Shown here piece by piece: positions 10,840 to 20,318 of a stretch of 64,000 nt of DNA; the first letter of the stretch is position 1; each line of letters begins with the position of its first letter. The stretch spans positions 2,706 through 66,705 of the forward strand of contig JAXGOZ010000006.1 in the NCBI GenBank assembly GCA_040767255.1. Reading direction: 5' to 3'. The notes under the pieces are model-generated. The model saw nothing but the letters and a program-made list of their open reading frames with translations, did not search any database and was not told the origin of the DNA. Both the position numbers and the translations under genes were made by a program. This DNA is from Caldisericia bacterium (lineage in GTDB: Bacteria > Caldisericota > Caldisericia > UBA6126).

Positions 10840-11679
10840 TTAATCATGGTTATAAGGGAGTTGAAAGTGTTTAAAAATTTCCTGCAACTCCTCCTCATCT
10901 TTAAACTTGATTGTAATTTGGTTGTGGAAAACTTTTACTGGTTTGTGTAGAAATTCCCGTAGCACTTTTTCTTGTTCTTTGTAGTGTGGAAAACGAATTG
11001 TTTTTTGTTTCTTTTTTCCACAGGTTTTCAAAATATACTGTGAAAGTTCTTTTACGGTGAGCTTTTTTTCTATCAAATACAGTAGGACTCGTTGTCGTTC
11101 TTCGGTTTCTTTGATTGAAAGAAGTAATCTTGCGTGACCCTCTTGTATATCATTTTTCTGTAGTGCTTTTTTTGATTCTTCATCAAGTTGTAGAAGACGA
11201 AGAGAGTTTGTAACATACACCCTACTTTTTCCAATTGATGAAGCACATTCTTCGTGAGTAATTGAAAATTCCTGAATGAGTGTTTGTAAACTGGAAGCCA
11301 AATCAAGAGGATTTAAGTCTTCACGTTGTATGTTTTCTACAATGGTTAATTGGGCGGCTTGACGGTCCGAAATATCCAAAACATATACAGGAACCTTTGT
11401 ATATCCACAAGATCTAAGAGCTTCCAGTCTTCTGTGTCCTGCAATCAACTCGTAGTAAGAATGGACAAATCTTACTACTAAAGGTTCAATCAAACCATTT
11501 TCTTGAATTGATTGTGCTAATTCGACAATAGAATTTGGATCAATAAAAACACGCGGCTGATACGGGGATTTTTTAATTAATTCTATTTGAACCTCTCGAA
11601 TAGCCGTTGCTGTGTCATCTTTATAATCTTCCAATAATGCTCCAAGTCCTTTACCAAGACCACCTTTGCGTTTATTCAT
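10840..11679 (-). CDS. parB: Chromosome partitioning protein ParB/Spo0J
   Basis: The N-terminus is GLGKGLGALL and the ParB box LIAGHRRLEA is present. The stop overlaps the parA start. Confidence 0.9.
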   Translation of the reverse strand: MNKRKGGLGKGLGALLEDYKDDTATAIREVQIELIKKSPYQPRVFIDPNSIVELAQSIQENGLIEPLVVRFVHSYYELIAGHRRLEALRSCGYTKVPVYVLDISDRQAAQLTIVENIQREDLNPLDLASSLQTLIQEFSITHEECASSIGKSRVYVTNSLRLLQLDEESKKALQKNDIQEGHARLLLSIKETEERQRVLLYLIEKKLTVKELSQYILKTCGKKKQKTIRFPHYKEQEKVLREFLHKPVKVFHNQITIKFKDEEELQEIFKHFQLPYNHD

Positions 11680-12430
11680 GTTGTAATAACTCCTCTACAA
11701 GTTGTTCATATGCCTTTGCCCCTCTGGAGTGTTCATCGTATTCACTGATAGGTTTTCCGTAGGATGGTGATTCACTCAAACGGACATTTCTTGGAATAAT
11801 GGTTTTAAAAACAAGATTCCCAAAGTAATTAATTACTTCATTTGAAACATCTTTTGATAGTGTTGTGGTTTGATTGTACATCGTTAAAAGAACCCCTTCA
11901 ATTTGAATAGAGGGATTAAGGTTTTTTTGAATTCTTTTAAATGTTTGAATAAATGAAGAAATTCCTTCCAACGCATAATATTCACACTGTAACGGGATAA
12001 TAACGCTATCGGATGCAACAAGAGCGTTGACAGTTATAACACCCAGCGAAGGTGGGCAATCAATAAAAATGTAATCATAGTGAACAGAAATCTTGTCCAG
12101 TTGTTTTTTTAAAGAGTACTCCCATGAAGGCACCTGTAAGAGTTCCACTTCTGCACCCGCCAGATTTAATGTGGACGGTAAAACATCGTATCCGTAAGAA
12201 GACGGAAGGATAACTTTAGAAGATTCTGTAGCCTGTATTAAAACGTCATAGGCACACTGCTCTAAGCTGTTTCGATCTACCCCACTACCTGTTGTGGCAT
12301 TCCCCTGCATGTCTAAATCAATTAAAAGAACTGACTTTCCAGCCTTTGCAACATAGGCCGATATATTGATAGATGAGGTTGTTTTTCCAACACCACCTTT
12401 TTGATTCGCAACAGAAATAATTTTTGCCAT
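11672..12430 (-). CDS. parA: ParA/Soj chromosome partitioning ATPase
   Basis: Deviant Walker A KGGVGKTT, with the typical ParA length and sequence. There is an 8-nt overlap with parB. Confidence 0.9.
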   Translation of the reverse strand: MAKIISVANQKGGVGKTTSSINISAYVAKAGKSVLLIDLDMQGNATTGSGVDRNSLEQCAYDVLIQATESSKVILPSSYGYDVLPSTLNLAGAEVELLQVPSWEYSLKKQLDKISVHYDYIFIDCPPSLGVITVNALVASDSVIIPLQCEYYALEGISSFIQTFKRIQKNLNPSIQIEGVLLTMYNQTTTLSKDVSNEVINYFGNLVFKTIIPRNVRLSESPSYGKPISEYDEHSRGAKAYEQLVEELLQHE

Positions 12431-12605
12431 GTATATCCTCTATATGTTTGATTTGTTTCCCTTGATGATACCTTGATTACTAAGAAAACACAACTTCAAA
12501 AACATCCTGCTGGAAGAATATCCTTTACCAAACGAGAAAACTTTTGAACCACCAATTTGATTTTATAATAAAACCATACTTCAACACAAAAAAATGGAGG
12601 TGACA

Positions 12606-13178
12606 ATGAAAGTTATTGCAATCAACGGAAGTCCCCGAAACAACGGTAACACCCACAGGCTTATTCAATATGTGCTTGAACCACTTGTTGAGGGTGGTTT
12701 TGAGTCTGAAATTATTCAAATTGGTGGTTTATCCATACGAGGATGTAGGGCGTGCATGAAGTGTAAAGAGTCCAAAGACTTCAAATGTTCCATTCAAAAC
12801 GACCCGCTAAACGACGTGATACAAAAAGTGTACAACGCAGACATTTTGCTGCTTGCCTCACCAACCTATTTTGCAGATATTACAAGCGAGATGAAAGCAT
12901 TTATCGACAGGTTGGGTTATGTGTCCAACGCGAATGGCAGGTTCTTGGAAAGAAAAATTGGAAGCCCTATTGTTGCAGTAAGGCGAGGTGGATCAATTCA
13001 CGCTTTTGACTCCATGATGCACTTTATTCATATACAAGGTATGATTTCAATTGGCTCAACCTATTGGAACATGGGTATCGGTAGAAATCCCGGAGAAGTG
13101 GAACAAGACGACGAGGGGATCCGAAACATGAAAAACCTTGGTCAAGACTTATTGTGGCTAAGTAAAAAACTCTTCTAA
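12606..13178 (+). CDS. NADPH-dependent FMN reductase-family / iron-sulfur flavoprotein-like flavodoxin-fold protein
   Basis: The N-terminus MKVIAINGSPRNNGNT is the flavodoxin-like signature of NADPH-dependent FMN reductases. A Cys cluster CRACMKC is present. ATG at 12606 is preceded by GGAGGTGA, while the upstream ATG at 12594 has no SD. Confidence 0.7.
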   Translation: MKVIAINGSPRNNGNTHRLIQYVLEPLVEGGFESEIIQIGGLSIRGCRACMKCKESKDFKCSIQNDPLNDVIQKVYNADILLLASPTYFADITSEMKAFIDRLGYVSNANGRFLERKIGSPIVAVRRGGSIHAFDSMMHFIHIQGMISIGSTYWNMGIGRNPGEVEQDDEGIRNMKNLGQDLLWLSKKLF

Positions 13179-13213
13179 CACAAAGCTTACCCATACCAAA
13201 AAGAGGAAAAACC

Positions 13214-13672
13214 ATGAAACAAAAAACAAAAGTATTGTTTTTGTGCACCGGAAATTCTTGCCGTAGTCAAATGGCAGAAGGATGGGCCCGATTCCTAAAA
13301 AATTCTTCAATCGAAGCCTATTCAGCTGGTACAAAACCCCAAGGATTGAATCCATATGCTGTTTTAGTGATGAAAGAAGTTGGAGTTGATATATCCAACC
13401 ACACATCGAAACACATAGAAGAGGTGATAAAAACCCAATTTGATTTGGTTGTTACGGTGTGTGACGATGTTTACGAAACATGTCCCTATTTGCCTGGTAA
13501 CCACAAAACCTTACACGTTGGATTTGAAGACCCACCCCGAATTGCAAAAGTTTTACAAGAAAACGGAGCTACGCTCGAAGAGCAATTGAATTGTTACAGG
13601 AAAGTCCGTGACGAGATTAAAGCCTTTGTGGTGTCTCTTCAAATCCCTTTACAGGGAGAGAAAAATGAGTAA
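13214..13672 (+). CDS. arsC: Arsenate reductase, LMW-PTP / thioredoxin-coupled type
   Basis: The P-loop CTGNSCRSQMAEG and the downstream Cys pair (…VCDD…C…) are typical of Bacillus-type ArsC. Length is 152 aa. AGAGGAAAA lies upstream of the ATG. Confidence 0.8.
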   Translation: MKQKTKVLFLCTGNSCRSQMAEGWARFLKNSSIEAYSAGTKPQGLNPYAVLVMKEVGVDISNHTSKHIEEVIKTQFDLVVTVCDDVYETCPYLPGNHKTLHVGFEDPPRIAKVLQENGATLEEQLNCYRKVRDEIKAFVVSLQIPLQGEKNE

Positions 13673-13780
13673 CTAGTGTTGGTTGAAGTACCCGTCATGC
13701 TTATGCTTGTGAGTATATGCAAACGTACGTCGGGCTGGTTTGATAAAAAAACAGTGCTACAAAAAAGCTAAGAAAGAATC

Positions 13781-13799
13781 TGGTGGAGATGATGGAGCC
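13781..13799. repeat. Degenerate direct repeat of the tmRNA 3' terminus (TGGTGGAGaTGAtGGAgcc vs TGGTGGAGgTGAcGGGagt at 20319). It is a putative attR-like remnant bounding the RM island.
   Basis: 13 of the first 15 nt match the reverse-complement 3' end of ssrA in the same orientation. It lies in a 330-bp non-coding gap at the far edge of the GC-richer RM block. Confidence 0.3.
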
Positions 13800-14002
13800 T
13801 TGCCTGTTTTTCGAAACCGGACAGCATGTTCCGAGGATTAACATTATAGCCAACGGCGATAATGGCCGATAGATTATAGTGCAAGATGTTGTATTTTTTT
13901 GCCGTCAGAAAATACCTTCTTCATTCCACGCCTCCCCAGTTTTGGTACCTGTTCCAAGACCAGCGGAGGTGTTTCATCAACTCCAAGAAGTCATTCTTTA
14001 GA

Positions 14003-16996
14003 TTAAATGTACTTCCCTGAAAAATCCTCGAACGCATTTGTGACGGTGAACTCAACATCATTTCCTAAAGCTCTGAAGTGTTCCTTTCCACATGCTATCT
14101 TGGCTTTTTCGTTCGGGCGTAAAGCATCAGTAAACAAGGTACTTTTGGTCTCAACAACAAAGTAAAGTTTCTCTTTGCCATCTACCTCAACTAATACAGC
14201 CCAGTCTGGGTTGTAGGTGCTCAGAGGCGTGTCAATTTTGAACCAGTCCGGGAGCTTGGCGTATAGCTTGATGTCATCGCTTCGTTCAAAGGCAGTGGCG
14301 AACTCCAGCTCTACATCGGAATCGTAAACCACATGGTCAAAGACCGACTTCTGGCTTTCAACCATGTTTTTTTGGAGGTATCCAAACAGCTCGTTGTCGC
14401 TGAACAGTTCCTGAGCGTAAAAATGGTCATCACCAATCTTGTGATACTTAATCCCGTCGACCACAAAGAGACGCATCTGGTGCTGGATGATGGTCGATAC
14501 CTGCTCGATGAACTTCTGGGGGTTGTTCTTGAATGACTCAAGGCGGCCGCTGTCGTTGATAATTTTAACGATCGTGCGACGGGTCAAATTGGTTTCATTT
14601 TGGAGATAAGTAATCAGGTCAGGGAGTTCGAACGATTGTGACTCATAAACACTGGCTGTTTCCTGAACCTGTTCTGCGTGAACGCCACCATGGTTAATTT
14701 CAGCCTTTGCCTTTCGATAAACAAACCTGGCTTTGCCTATCTGCAGATTGGTTTTGATCTCTTCAGCGCACTTTTTGGCAAGAGCCTTCACATCAAAATC
14801 TACCCTGAAAGTGGTCTTGTATTTGATTCGATCCCACAGCTCCTTGAACTCCGGGCTTAAAAATACGGCTTTATTCAGCGACACCTTCTTCTTGTCGTCA
14901 CGGTTCTTTATATTGAGATTGCCTGAAACTTTCTTCAGCAAAACAGTAATTTGTGGAGCGTATTCTTTGAATTCATCTGGTAATTCTAGTTCACCCTTTT
15001 TTAGCGAAACCCTCAAAGCGTTCTGTATTTTGCCTTTTGTATCAATATATCCAGTTGTTTTCAAGTGATCCCAAAGCTTCTTAGAAGCATCGACTCCAAG
15101 GTATTCATTGTTGTTCTCGTCAACCGGAACAACAATGTTGGCAAACAGATGCTCTTCAACCACTCCAAATTTAATACTTTCCTCCTGCTCAATCTCTTTC
15201 TGGAGATGTTTTGCAAATTTCTCATAAGACTCATTAGCCATAACAGTAAGGGTATTAACCTCAAATCCATGAACGCGCTCACCATTCTGATTAACACATA
15301 TTCGAAGACCACGACCAATTTCCTGCCTTTTTTTTATTACCGAATTTGTTTCGTTAAGGGTACAAATCTGGAAGACGTTGGGATTGTCCCAACCTTCTTT
15401 CAGAGCGGAGTGCGAGAAGATGAACTTAAGCTTTGAGTCAAAACTGAGTAGCTTCTCTTTTTCCTTCATGATCAGGTTATAGGCACTCTCATCCGCCGCA
15501 GTGTTACCCGAGGAATCCTTCATCATTTCATTACCGGTAGCATCCTTCTTTTTGTCGACAGCAAAATACCCGTTATGAACACCAGCTGCCACGGTATCCA
15601 AGTCGGCCCCTTCAAAAAGGGTGCTGTATTTTGGTTTACGGATTGCCCGAACATACTCCTCATCAAACATCAGGGCGAATTTTCCCTTTTTCGGATTTCC
15701 GTCGTCGTCGTACCAGCGGTAATTAGCCACCTTGTCGATGAAGAAAAGACTAAGGACTTTAATGCCCTGAGAGCGCAGGCGCATTTCTTTATCTAGATGC
15801 TCCTCAATGGTCTTGCGGATCTGGATGCGTTTGTATTCATCTGGGTCAACTTCACCGATAGCCTGACCTAGTTTCAGGATTTCCGACTTGCTGGTGAAGC
15901 TGATGTATTCATTGCCTTCTTTGCAATAGATGTCTTCAACGATGTAACCATCGTAAATATCGCGACCACCACTCTTCTCAAGTAAGTCATCACCGCTTTT
16001 GATGGTAATCTCTTTCTTTTTGATTGTACCTTTGTTTTGAAAGTCGATCTCAATTTTTGCGGTGATCGGACTCTTCTTATTGTTTACACTCAGGAGCTTT
16101 ATATAGGCTTTGTTGTGGCCATCTTTGACTTCAACCCCGGCAACTTCAATCTGTTTAACCAGTTTCTGTTCATAAGCATCAACGGAATCCAGTTTATAGA
16201 GCATATGATGCTTTTCTATATGAGTAGCTGAGTAACGCAGTGTGCAGAGAGGATTCAGCGAAGCGATGGCTTCTTTACTTTTGAGGGTAGTGTCCACACT
16301 CTGAGGCTCGTCAATAATAACAATTGGGTTTGTTTCTTGTATATATTCAATTGGCTTAGCCCCGGTCATTCGATCATGAGCACGATGGATAATATTGGCT
16401 TTATTCTCTTTTTCCGGATCGGTGAAGCTTTTTCGGAAAGCATCAATATTGATTACCATGATCTGAATATTCGGACTTGTAGCAAAGTTTCTTACATTGG
16501 AAAGTTTGCTTGAGTCGTAAACAAACTCATCAAAAGAGATATTCTCGTAAAGTCCCTTAAAGTGCTCTGTAGTAATCTTCAGAGACTTGGCAACACCTTC
16601 CTTTATGGCGATGGACGGTACAACAATGATGAATTTGGTAAAACCATAGAGCCGATTCATTTCGAAAATAGTCCGAAGATAGACATAAGTCTTTCCTGTT
16701 CCGGTCTCCATCTCCACAGTAAAATCCATGGAGTCCAATTTCTCAGAAGGAGACAGCCCGTTCCGCAACTGTATCTTGCGGATGTTTTTGTGGATATCCT
16801 CATCCAGCAGTTTTAAACGGTTACCGATTCCCAGGGCATTCTGTTCCTGTCCGGAAAAAAGAGTCTCTTCCTCCCAAGATTTTAACGGAGCCACAGTAAA
16901 ACTGGTTTGGCAAATTTCCTGTCCCTCAAACACCCCGACAACGGACTCTATGGCCTGTTTTTGGAAGTCCAGATTCGGATCAAATTTGATTTTCAT
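14003..16996 (-). CDS. res: Type III restriction-modification system, restriction subunit (Res). It has a SF2 helicase domain plus a C-terminal PD-(D/E)XK nuclease.
   Basis: Helicase motif I TGTGKTYV, motif II IIDEPQS, and a C-terminal D…EVDGKEKLYFVVETK nuclease motif are present. ATG at 16996 has AAGAAGG upstream. An alternative ATG at 17032 gives a 1009-aa product. Confidence 0.85.
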   Translation of the reverse strand: MKIKFDPNLDFQKQAIESVVGVFEGQEICQTSFTVAPLKSWEEETLFSGQEQNALGIGNRLKLLDEDIHKNIRKIQLRNGLSPSEKLDSMDFTVEMETGTGKTYVYLRTIFEMNRLYGFTKFIIVVPSIAIKEGVAKSLKITTEHFKGLYENISFDEFVYDSSKLSNVRNFATSPNIQIMVINIDAFRKSFTDPEKENKANIIHRAHDRMTGAKPIEYIQETNPIVIIDEPQSVDTTLKSKEAIASLNPLCTLRYSATHIEKHHMLYKLDSVDAYEQKLVKQIEVAGVEVKDGHNKAYIKLLSVNNKKSPITAKIEIDFQNKGTIKKKEITIKSGDDLLEKSGGRDIYDGYIVEDIYCKEGNEYISFTSKSEILKLGQAIGEVDPDEYKRIQIRKTIEEHLDKEMRLRSQGIKVLSLFFIDKVANYRWYDDDGNPKKGKFALMFDEEYVRAIRKPKYSTLFEGADLDTVAAGVHNGYFAVDKKKDATGNEMMKDSSGNTAADESAYNLIMKEKEKLLSFDSKLKFIFSHSALKEGWDNPNVFQICTLNETNSVIKKRQEIGRGLRICVNQNGERVHGFEVNTLTVMANESYEKFAKHLQKEIEQEESIKFGVVEEHLFANIVVPVDENNNEYLGVDASKKLWDHLKTTGYIDTKGKIQNALRVSLKKGELELPDEFKEYAPQITVLLKKVSGNLNIKNRDDKKKVSLNKAVFLSPEFKELWDRIKYKTTFRVDFDVKALAKKCAEEIKTNLQIGKARFVYRKAKAEINHGGVHAEQVQETASVYESQSFELPDLITYLQNETNLTRRTIVKIINDSGRLESFKNNPQKFIEQVSTIIQHQMRLFVVDGIKYHKIGDDHFYAQELFSDNELFGYLQKNMVESQKSVFDHVVYDSDVELEFATAFERSDDIKLYAKLPDWFKIDTPLSTYNPDWAVLVEVDGKEKLYFVVETKSTLFTDALRPNEKAKIACGKEHFRALGNDVEFTVTNAFEDFSGKYI

Positions 16997-18236
16997 GCTG
17001 GACCTTCTTTTTTGAAACCGAGGAATCCTCATGAGTTGCTTCCCATTCCGACTGTACCTCTTCCAGTTGCTTCTTCAAGATTTCCTTATCAGGGAGATAA
17101 AACTGGTAAGCAGAGGCGTGAATGTTTGCGTCTTTGGGTAAGGTTAATTCTACGAGGCGGTCATCTTTTGAATGGCAGAGCAGGATACCTACAGTTGGGT
17201 TTTCATCCTCCAGTTTCACATGACGGTCGAAGTAGTTGACATACATCTGTATCTGTCCAAGATCCTGATGTTTCAGTTCTCCAATTTTCAGGTCGATGAT
17301 CACATAACAGCGAAGCAGACGGTTGTAGAAAACCAAATCCACAAAGAAATGGTCTTCATCGAAGGTGAACCTTTTCTGACGAGCTTCAAACAAAAAACCC
17401 TTACCTAGTTCAAGAAGAAAGTGTTCCAGCTTATCGATGATGGCGGTTTCCAGTTCTGTCTCAGAATAGCGGTGATGCTCTTCAAAACCGAGAAACTCCA
17501 ATACCAGAGGATCTTTGATCACATCAGTATGCTTTTCGATTAGTTGTCCCTGTTCAGAAAGCTTTTTGACTCCAGCCTTATCTTTGCTCAAAGCCAGTCG
17601 TTCGTAGAGACTGGAATTAAACTGCCGCTTGAGTTCTCGCAGTGACCAGCCCTCACTGGCAGACTCTATCTCGTAGAATTTCCGTTCATCCAGATTCGAT
17701 ATACCCATAAGAAACAAATAATGTGACCAGCTCAAAGGCAATTGTGCAGACAGTGTTTGCACAATTTGTTTTACATTCAATTTCCCAGACAATGCCTGGG
17801 ATTTTTCCACTGAAGATTGGCCAGATGCTGTCTGGCAAATTTGTCGGTTATTAGAAATCCCAGACAGTGTTTGGGATTTTCCCTCTATAGATGGTGCATA
17901 GCTCAAATAGAGCTTTCGCATATATTCAAGATTACTGCGAGAGTACCCCCGTCCAAACTCTTTAATTAGTTCTGCTGATAACTCCTTTAGGGTTGCTTTC
18001 CCATAATCCGCTCGTTCGTGTCCCCTTTGTTCCTCAAGGACAATCCGCTTTCCGATCAGATAATTGGAAACAACCTGTAGAGTATTAACGCTCCTTCGTG
18101 TAAGCGAACGTGCCTGAGATATTATTTCCCGAATATCGCCAACCAATCCACCAAAACCCACTTCCGTGTTTTCCGTGTGCTCTGTGGTTTCACCCAATCC
18201 GTGTTTATTCGTGTCCATTCGTGGTTTCTTTCCCAT
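16980..18236 (-). CDS. DUF1016/YhcG-like protein with a C-terminal PD-(D/E)XK nuclease fold, embedded in the RM operon
   Basis: The C-terminal half has …FFVDLVFYNRLLRCYVIIDLKIGELKHQDLGQIQMYVNYFD…, typical of the YhcG/DUF1016 family seen in RM loci. The start overlaps the mod stop (TAATG) and the stop overlaps res. Confidence 0.7.
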   Translation of the reverse strand: MGKKPRMDTNKHGLGETTEHTENTEVGFGGLVGDIREIISQARSLTRRSVNTLQVVSNYLIGKRIVLEEQRGHERADYGKATLKELSAELIKEFGRGYSRSNLEYMRKLYLSYAPSIEGKSQTLSGISNNRQICQTASGQSSVEKSQALSGKLNVKQIVQTLSAQLPLSWSHYLFLMGISNLDERKFYEIESASEGWSLRELKRQFNSSLYERLALSKDKAGVKKLSEQGQLIEKHTDVIKDPLVLEFLGFEEHHRYSETELETAIIDKLEHFLLELGKGFLFEARQKRFTFDEDHFFVDLVFYNRLLRCYVIIDLKIGELKHQDLGQIQMYVNYFDRHVKLEDENPTVGILLCHSKDDRLVELTLPKDANIHASAYQFYLPDKEILKKQLEEVQSEWEATHEDSSVSKKKVQHENQI

Positions 18237-20086
18237 TACAAGCTCCTTATATCGACAATGCCAGCCTGTTTAAGAATCTGAACCGCATTTGTCTTAACCA
18301 CATCATCTTTGAACCCTGAGTCCTTGAATACCACGCGCATGATTTCCAGATTGAGTTCATCCTTCAACTTGGCAATGCCTTCGACCACCTCAAGGGAGAT
18401 GGAATCTGATAGACAGATGATCAGTGCTCCCAACCCGATATCGAATACCTTTTGCCCGTCAATGGTGTGTTCGTTGATTGGCAAAGTCAGATCAAGTCCA
18501 TATTTGAGCAGGATCTCGTAAAGAACATCTTCCTCACGGCGGTCGGTTTTGATATTGGAGATAAAGTCTTCAAGCATGCGCTCCGTCAGGTCAAAGTCCA
18601 CTTCCCAAGGCTTGATATTAGTGGAATCGAGCTTGAATACTTTGAAGCCAAGGTCACCATTGTATTCAGGGTTTTCTTCTTTGATCCAGGCAGCAACTCG
18701 GCGGATACGTTCTTTGCTTATTTCGGCGATTGTTTTGAAGCCAGCTTTGTAGGCCTCCGATTTTTCGTCAGTTGCTTCGGGGAGTTGTACCATAATGAAT
18801 ACGCGGTTGCCATTGTCTTCGGCATTAAGTTGCATCACTGCATGGGCGGTAGTTGCCGAACCTGCGAAGAAATCAAGAATGATATCTGCTTTCTCTGTCG
18901 ACTGATCAATAAGAGTTTTCAATAAATCAGTTGGTTTTGGGAAGTCGAAGTATTTTCCACCGATCAAACTGGCTACTTCTCGTGTTCCATTTGTTGTATA
19001 ACCAACGTGTTTTGAATCCAGACAAGTCGAAAACCCTGTAACAGTTGAGTTTAGGTCATTTACAAATTTCTTCTCACGAGGTCGCCCTGTAGGCGATTTA
19101 GGAAACAAAATACGCCCTTCTTCAATCATCTTTAGAACGTTCTCTTTGCTTTTTGACCAACCTCTGCTTGGATTCGGGGGATAAGAAATACCGGTATCAG
19201 GGTTTACAATATCGTAGTGTAAATTCGGGCGTTGCGTTGCTGTAGCCAGTCCGGAAAGATCAATACTAGCCCATGGACCACGTGGGTCATTATCGGGGTT
19301 TTTGTATTTTCCCAGATCGACCTCGGTTCCTTTTAGAGCGATGTTTTCAGTCTTTGAATAAGCAACAATGTATTCGTGATCTGGAGATACACGCGATTGG
19401 TTTCTGTTGTCTGCCCTTTGTCTTCTATGCCACTGAAAAACACCTAAGAAGTTCTCTTCTCCAAAAATTTCGTCACAGATTTTCCGAAGATTAGCAACTT
19501 CGTTGTCGTCAATTGAAATGAATATTACTCCATCATCCTTGAGAAGGTTTCGAGCCAACTTTAAACGAGGGTACATCATATTCAACCAGTCGGTATGATA
19601 ACGGCCACTGGTTTCGGGATTGTTTGATAGATTACGGCCTTCACCATCCACCTGACCGGTAATTTCTTTGTAGTTTTTAATGTTGTCCTTGAAGTTGTCT
19701 TTATACACAAAATCTTTGCCGGTGTTGTAAGGAGGGTCGATGTAGATCATTTTCACTTTTTTGTAATAGCTTTTCTGTAGGAGCTTGAGCACTTCAAGAT
19801 TATCACCTTCAATAAAAATATTCTGGGTGGTATCCCAATCTACCGACTCTTCCTTGCAAGGGCGTAGTGTTCCGGTGCTAGGTGTCTGGGCGATCATCCG
19901 GGCTTTGCTTTTGCCGTTCCATGTAAAGCTGTAGCGTTCATCGCGGTCATCCACAAACGAACCAAGTACTTCTTTCAACACATCAAAGTTGATCTTACCT
20001 TCAGTAAAGGCTTCTGGGAAAAGTTTTTTAAGTTCGCAAACATTTTCAGCAACAATATCCAATGTGTTACCATTCATTTTTTCCAT
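18236..20086 (-). CDS. mod: Type III RM system N6-adenine DNA methyltransferase (Mod)
   Basis: Motif IV IYIDPPYNTG and the SAM-binding region FFAGSATTAHAV are present. At 616 aa, it sits at the head of the mod-DUF1016-res operon. Confidence 0.85.
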   Translation of the reverse strand: MEKMNGNTLDIVAENVCELKKLFPEAFTEGKINFDVLKEVLGSFVDDRDERYSFTWNGKSKARMIAQTPSTGTLRPCKEESVDWDTTQNIFIEGDNLEVLKLLQKSYYKKVKMIYIDPPYNTGKDFVYKDNFKDNIKNYKEITGQVDGEGRNLSNNPETSGRYHTDWLNMMYPRLKLARNLLKDDGVIFISIDDNEVANLRKICDEIFGEENFLGVFQWHRRQRADNRNQSRVSPDHEYIVAYSKTENIALKGTEVDLGKYKNPDNDPRGPWASIDLSGLATATQRPNLHYDIVNPDTGISYPPNPSRGWSKSKENVLKMIEEGRILFPKSPTGRPREKKFVNDLNSTVTGFSTCLDSKHVGYTTNGTREVASLIGGKYFDFPKPTDLLKTLIDQSTEKADIILDFFAGSATTAHAVMQLNAEDNGNRVFIMVQLPEATDEKSEAYKAGFKTIAEISKERIRRVAAWIKEENPEYNGDLGFKVFKLDSTNIKPWEVDFDLTERMLEDFISNIKTDRREEDVLYEILLKYGLDLTLPINEHTIDGQKVFDIGLGALIICLSDSISLEVVEGIAKLKDELNLEIMRVVFKDSGFKDDVVKTNAVQILKQAGIVDIRSL

Positions 20087-20318
20087 ACTTTACCCCCATA
20101 TATTGATTCTCTAACTGTGGCGATATGTATATTGTTTGCATGATTTCACCCTTTTTTGTGGGTCATCCAAACGGCTTTTTATGTATGAATAAACCGGACA
20201 AAACATAGATAGGTATAAACCTTCTATTGCGAGTTTATCAAGGTTAAAGATAGGATGATAAAATGATAAAATCAAGTTTTAATATCGGACTGATGCGAGT
20301 ACACGTTGAAAATAGAAA

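Noticed and set aside
16996-17032. Longer Res N-terminus from ATG 17032 (MRIPRFQKRRSS…)
   Set aside because: This is possible, but ATG 16996 has a better SD (AAGAAGG) and a smaller overlap with the upstream gene. I kept it as an alternative rather than a separate feature.
20087-20318. Looked for an integrase remnant or tRNA between mod and ssrA
   Set aside because: No ORF, no tRNA-like cloverleaf sequence, and only short simple repeats (gataaaatgataaaat) were found, so no feature is called.
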